Source: Dipteris shenzhenensis
Taxonomy: Eukaryota
DNA length: 64,000 bases
Assembly: GCA_047967505.1 (NCBI GenBank)
Contig: CM106538.1
Direction: 5' to 3' (one strand)
Part shown: positions 63,221 through 64,000 of the stretch, in pieces
How the letters are laid out: each line of letters starts with the position of its first letter
Numbering within the stretch: position 1 is the first letter of the stretch
Position numbers and translations under genes: made by a program
Notes under the pieces: generated by a model
Seen by the model: only the letters and a program-made list of their open reading frames with translations
Database searches by the model: none
What the model was told of the DNA's origin: nothing

Positions 63221-63891
63221 GTCTCTTTGTTCCTTCTTTCACCCTTGCCTAGACCCAAAAATTTCAAATATAAAAAATGCACATTACAATAGTAAAACTC
63301 TAATAGAGTACTTTCCAATGCATGAGAAAATAATAACCATACTTTATGGAACCTTCACCTGCATCCACTCTCTGATGTGCTGAGGATTTTTCTATGAGCA
63401 CATCAAAGTGAGGCTGGGTGGAAAAGGGACAGCTGTGGTGAAATGTGGTTAGAAGAAGAGTTTTAGCTGCAGGAGTGAGTTCCAGAAATGCCCTGAAAAA
63501 GTAGGGCTGGGAGTGCAAGAGGAGTGAAAAGTTTAAGAAAACAGGTAAGCCACTTGACCCTCTGTGCGTCAAATTCTCTGTATATGTAGTCAATCTTGAA
63601 TCTTGTAATCAGTTTAGAAGTAACACTTACAGGTCATAGAATCCTTTGTCTGGAAACATAAAGAAATCTCTCCTAACCTTCTCAGGAGATGTTACGTACG
63701 TAGAAGGGCCGGTGTCAAGTGCATAATTGCTATATGAACCCAGGTGTCTCATCAAAATTGTCAATATTCTGCATTGTGTTGCTTAGTCTGACTCGTATTG
63801 CGTTCATTTGTGGCAGTTACAGTCTGACCTGACTTTCATAAGGAAAGTTTCCTAAAACTGAAACATCTCTGGTTTGTTTCCTATTTTTCAG

Positions 63892-63944
63892 GTTTGGAGA
63901 TTACAGTACTTGGAAGTAATGATTTCTACTCGTACAGGAAACAT
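63892..63944 (+). CDS. PMK: Phosphomevalonate kinase exon 5 (gene continues past window)
   Basis: (G)LEITVLGSNDFYSYRKH, matching the conserved GLDITILGSNDFYSYR; cag/gt boundaries, phase 1 join. Confidence 0.93.
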
Positions 63945-64000
63945 GTATGACTGTTAGATCTGCACCTAGTAATTGGTTTGCTTGCAAGATCATGAGTTTT

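Overview
Eukaryotic land-plant genomic DNA with long, TE-filled introns; the repeat types suggest a large-genome seed-free plant such as a fern (inference). Two host genes are divergently oriented. (1) A complete 5-exon subgroup IVc bHLH transcription factor (ILR3/bHLH104/105/115-like, 230 aa, ending RPPVA) lies on the minus strand at 6546-13657. (2) The first five coding exons of a phosphomevalonate kinase lie on the plus strand at 41194-63944, with 8.3 kb and 13.4 kb introns; the gene continues beyond the window. The rest is mostly nested, decayed transposons: a Helentron/HLE2-type RepHel with a fused C-terminal AP endonuclease, a Ty1/copia element with both LTRs and a TSD, solo LTRs, several L1-clade LINEs, RTE/RTEX-like LINE fragments and hAT remnants. 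The most notable observations are: two diverged copies of a retroelement carrying only a LINE ORF1p-like gene next to (CT)n microsatellites; a 3'-terminal double stem-loop conserved in structure but not sequence across about eight retroelement tails; a head-to-tail retroelement array; an approximately 4.2 kb inversion reconstructable from split TEs; and a copia element whose integrase N-terminus is replaced by a LINE fragment. All calls come from manual reading; no database searches were run.
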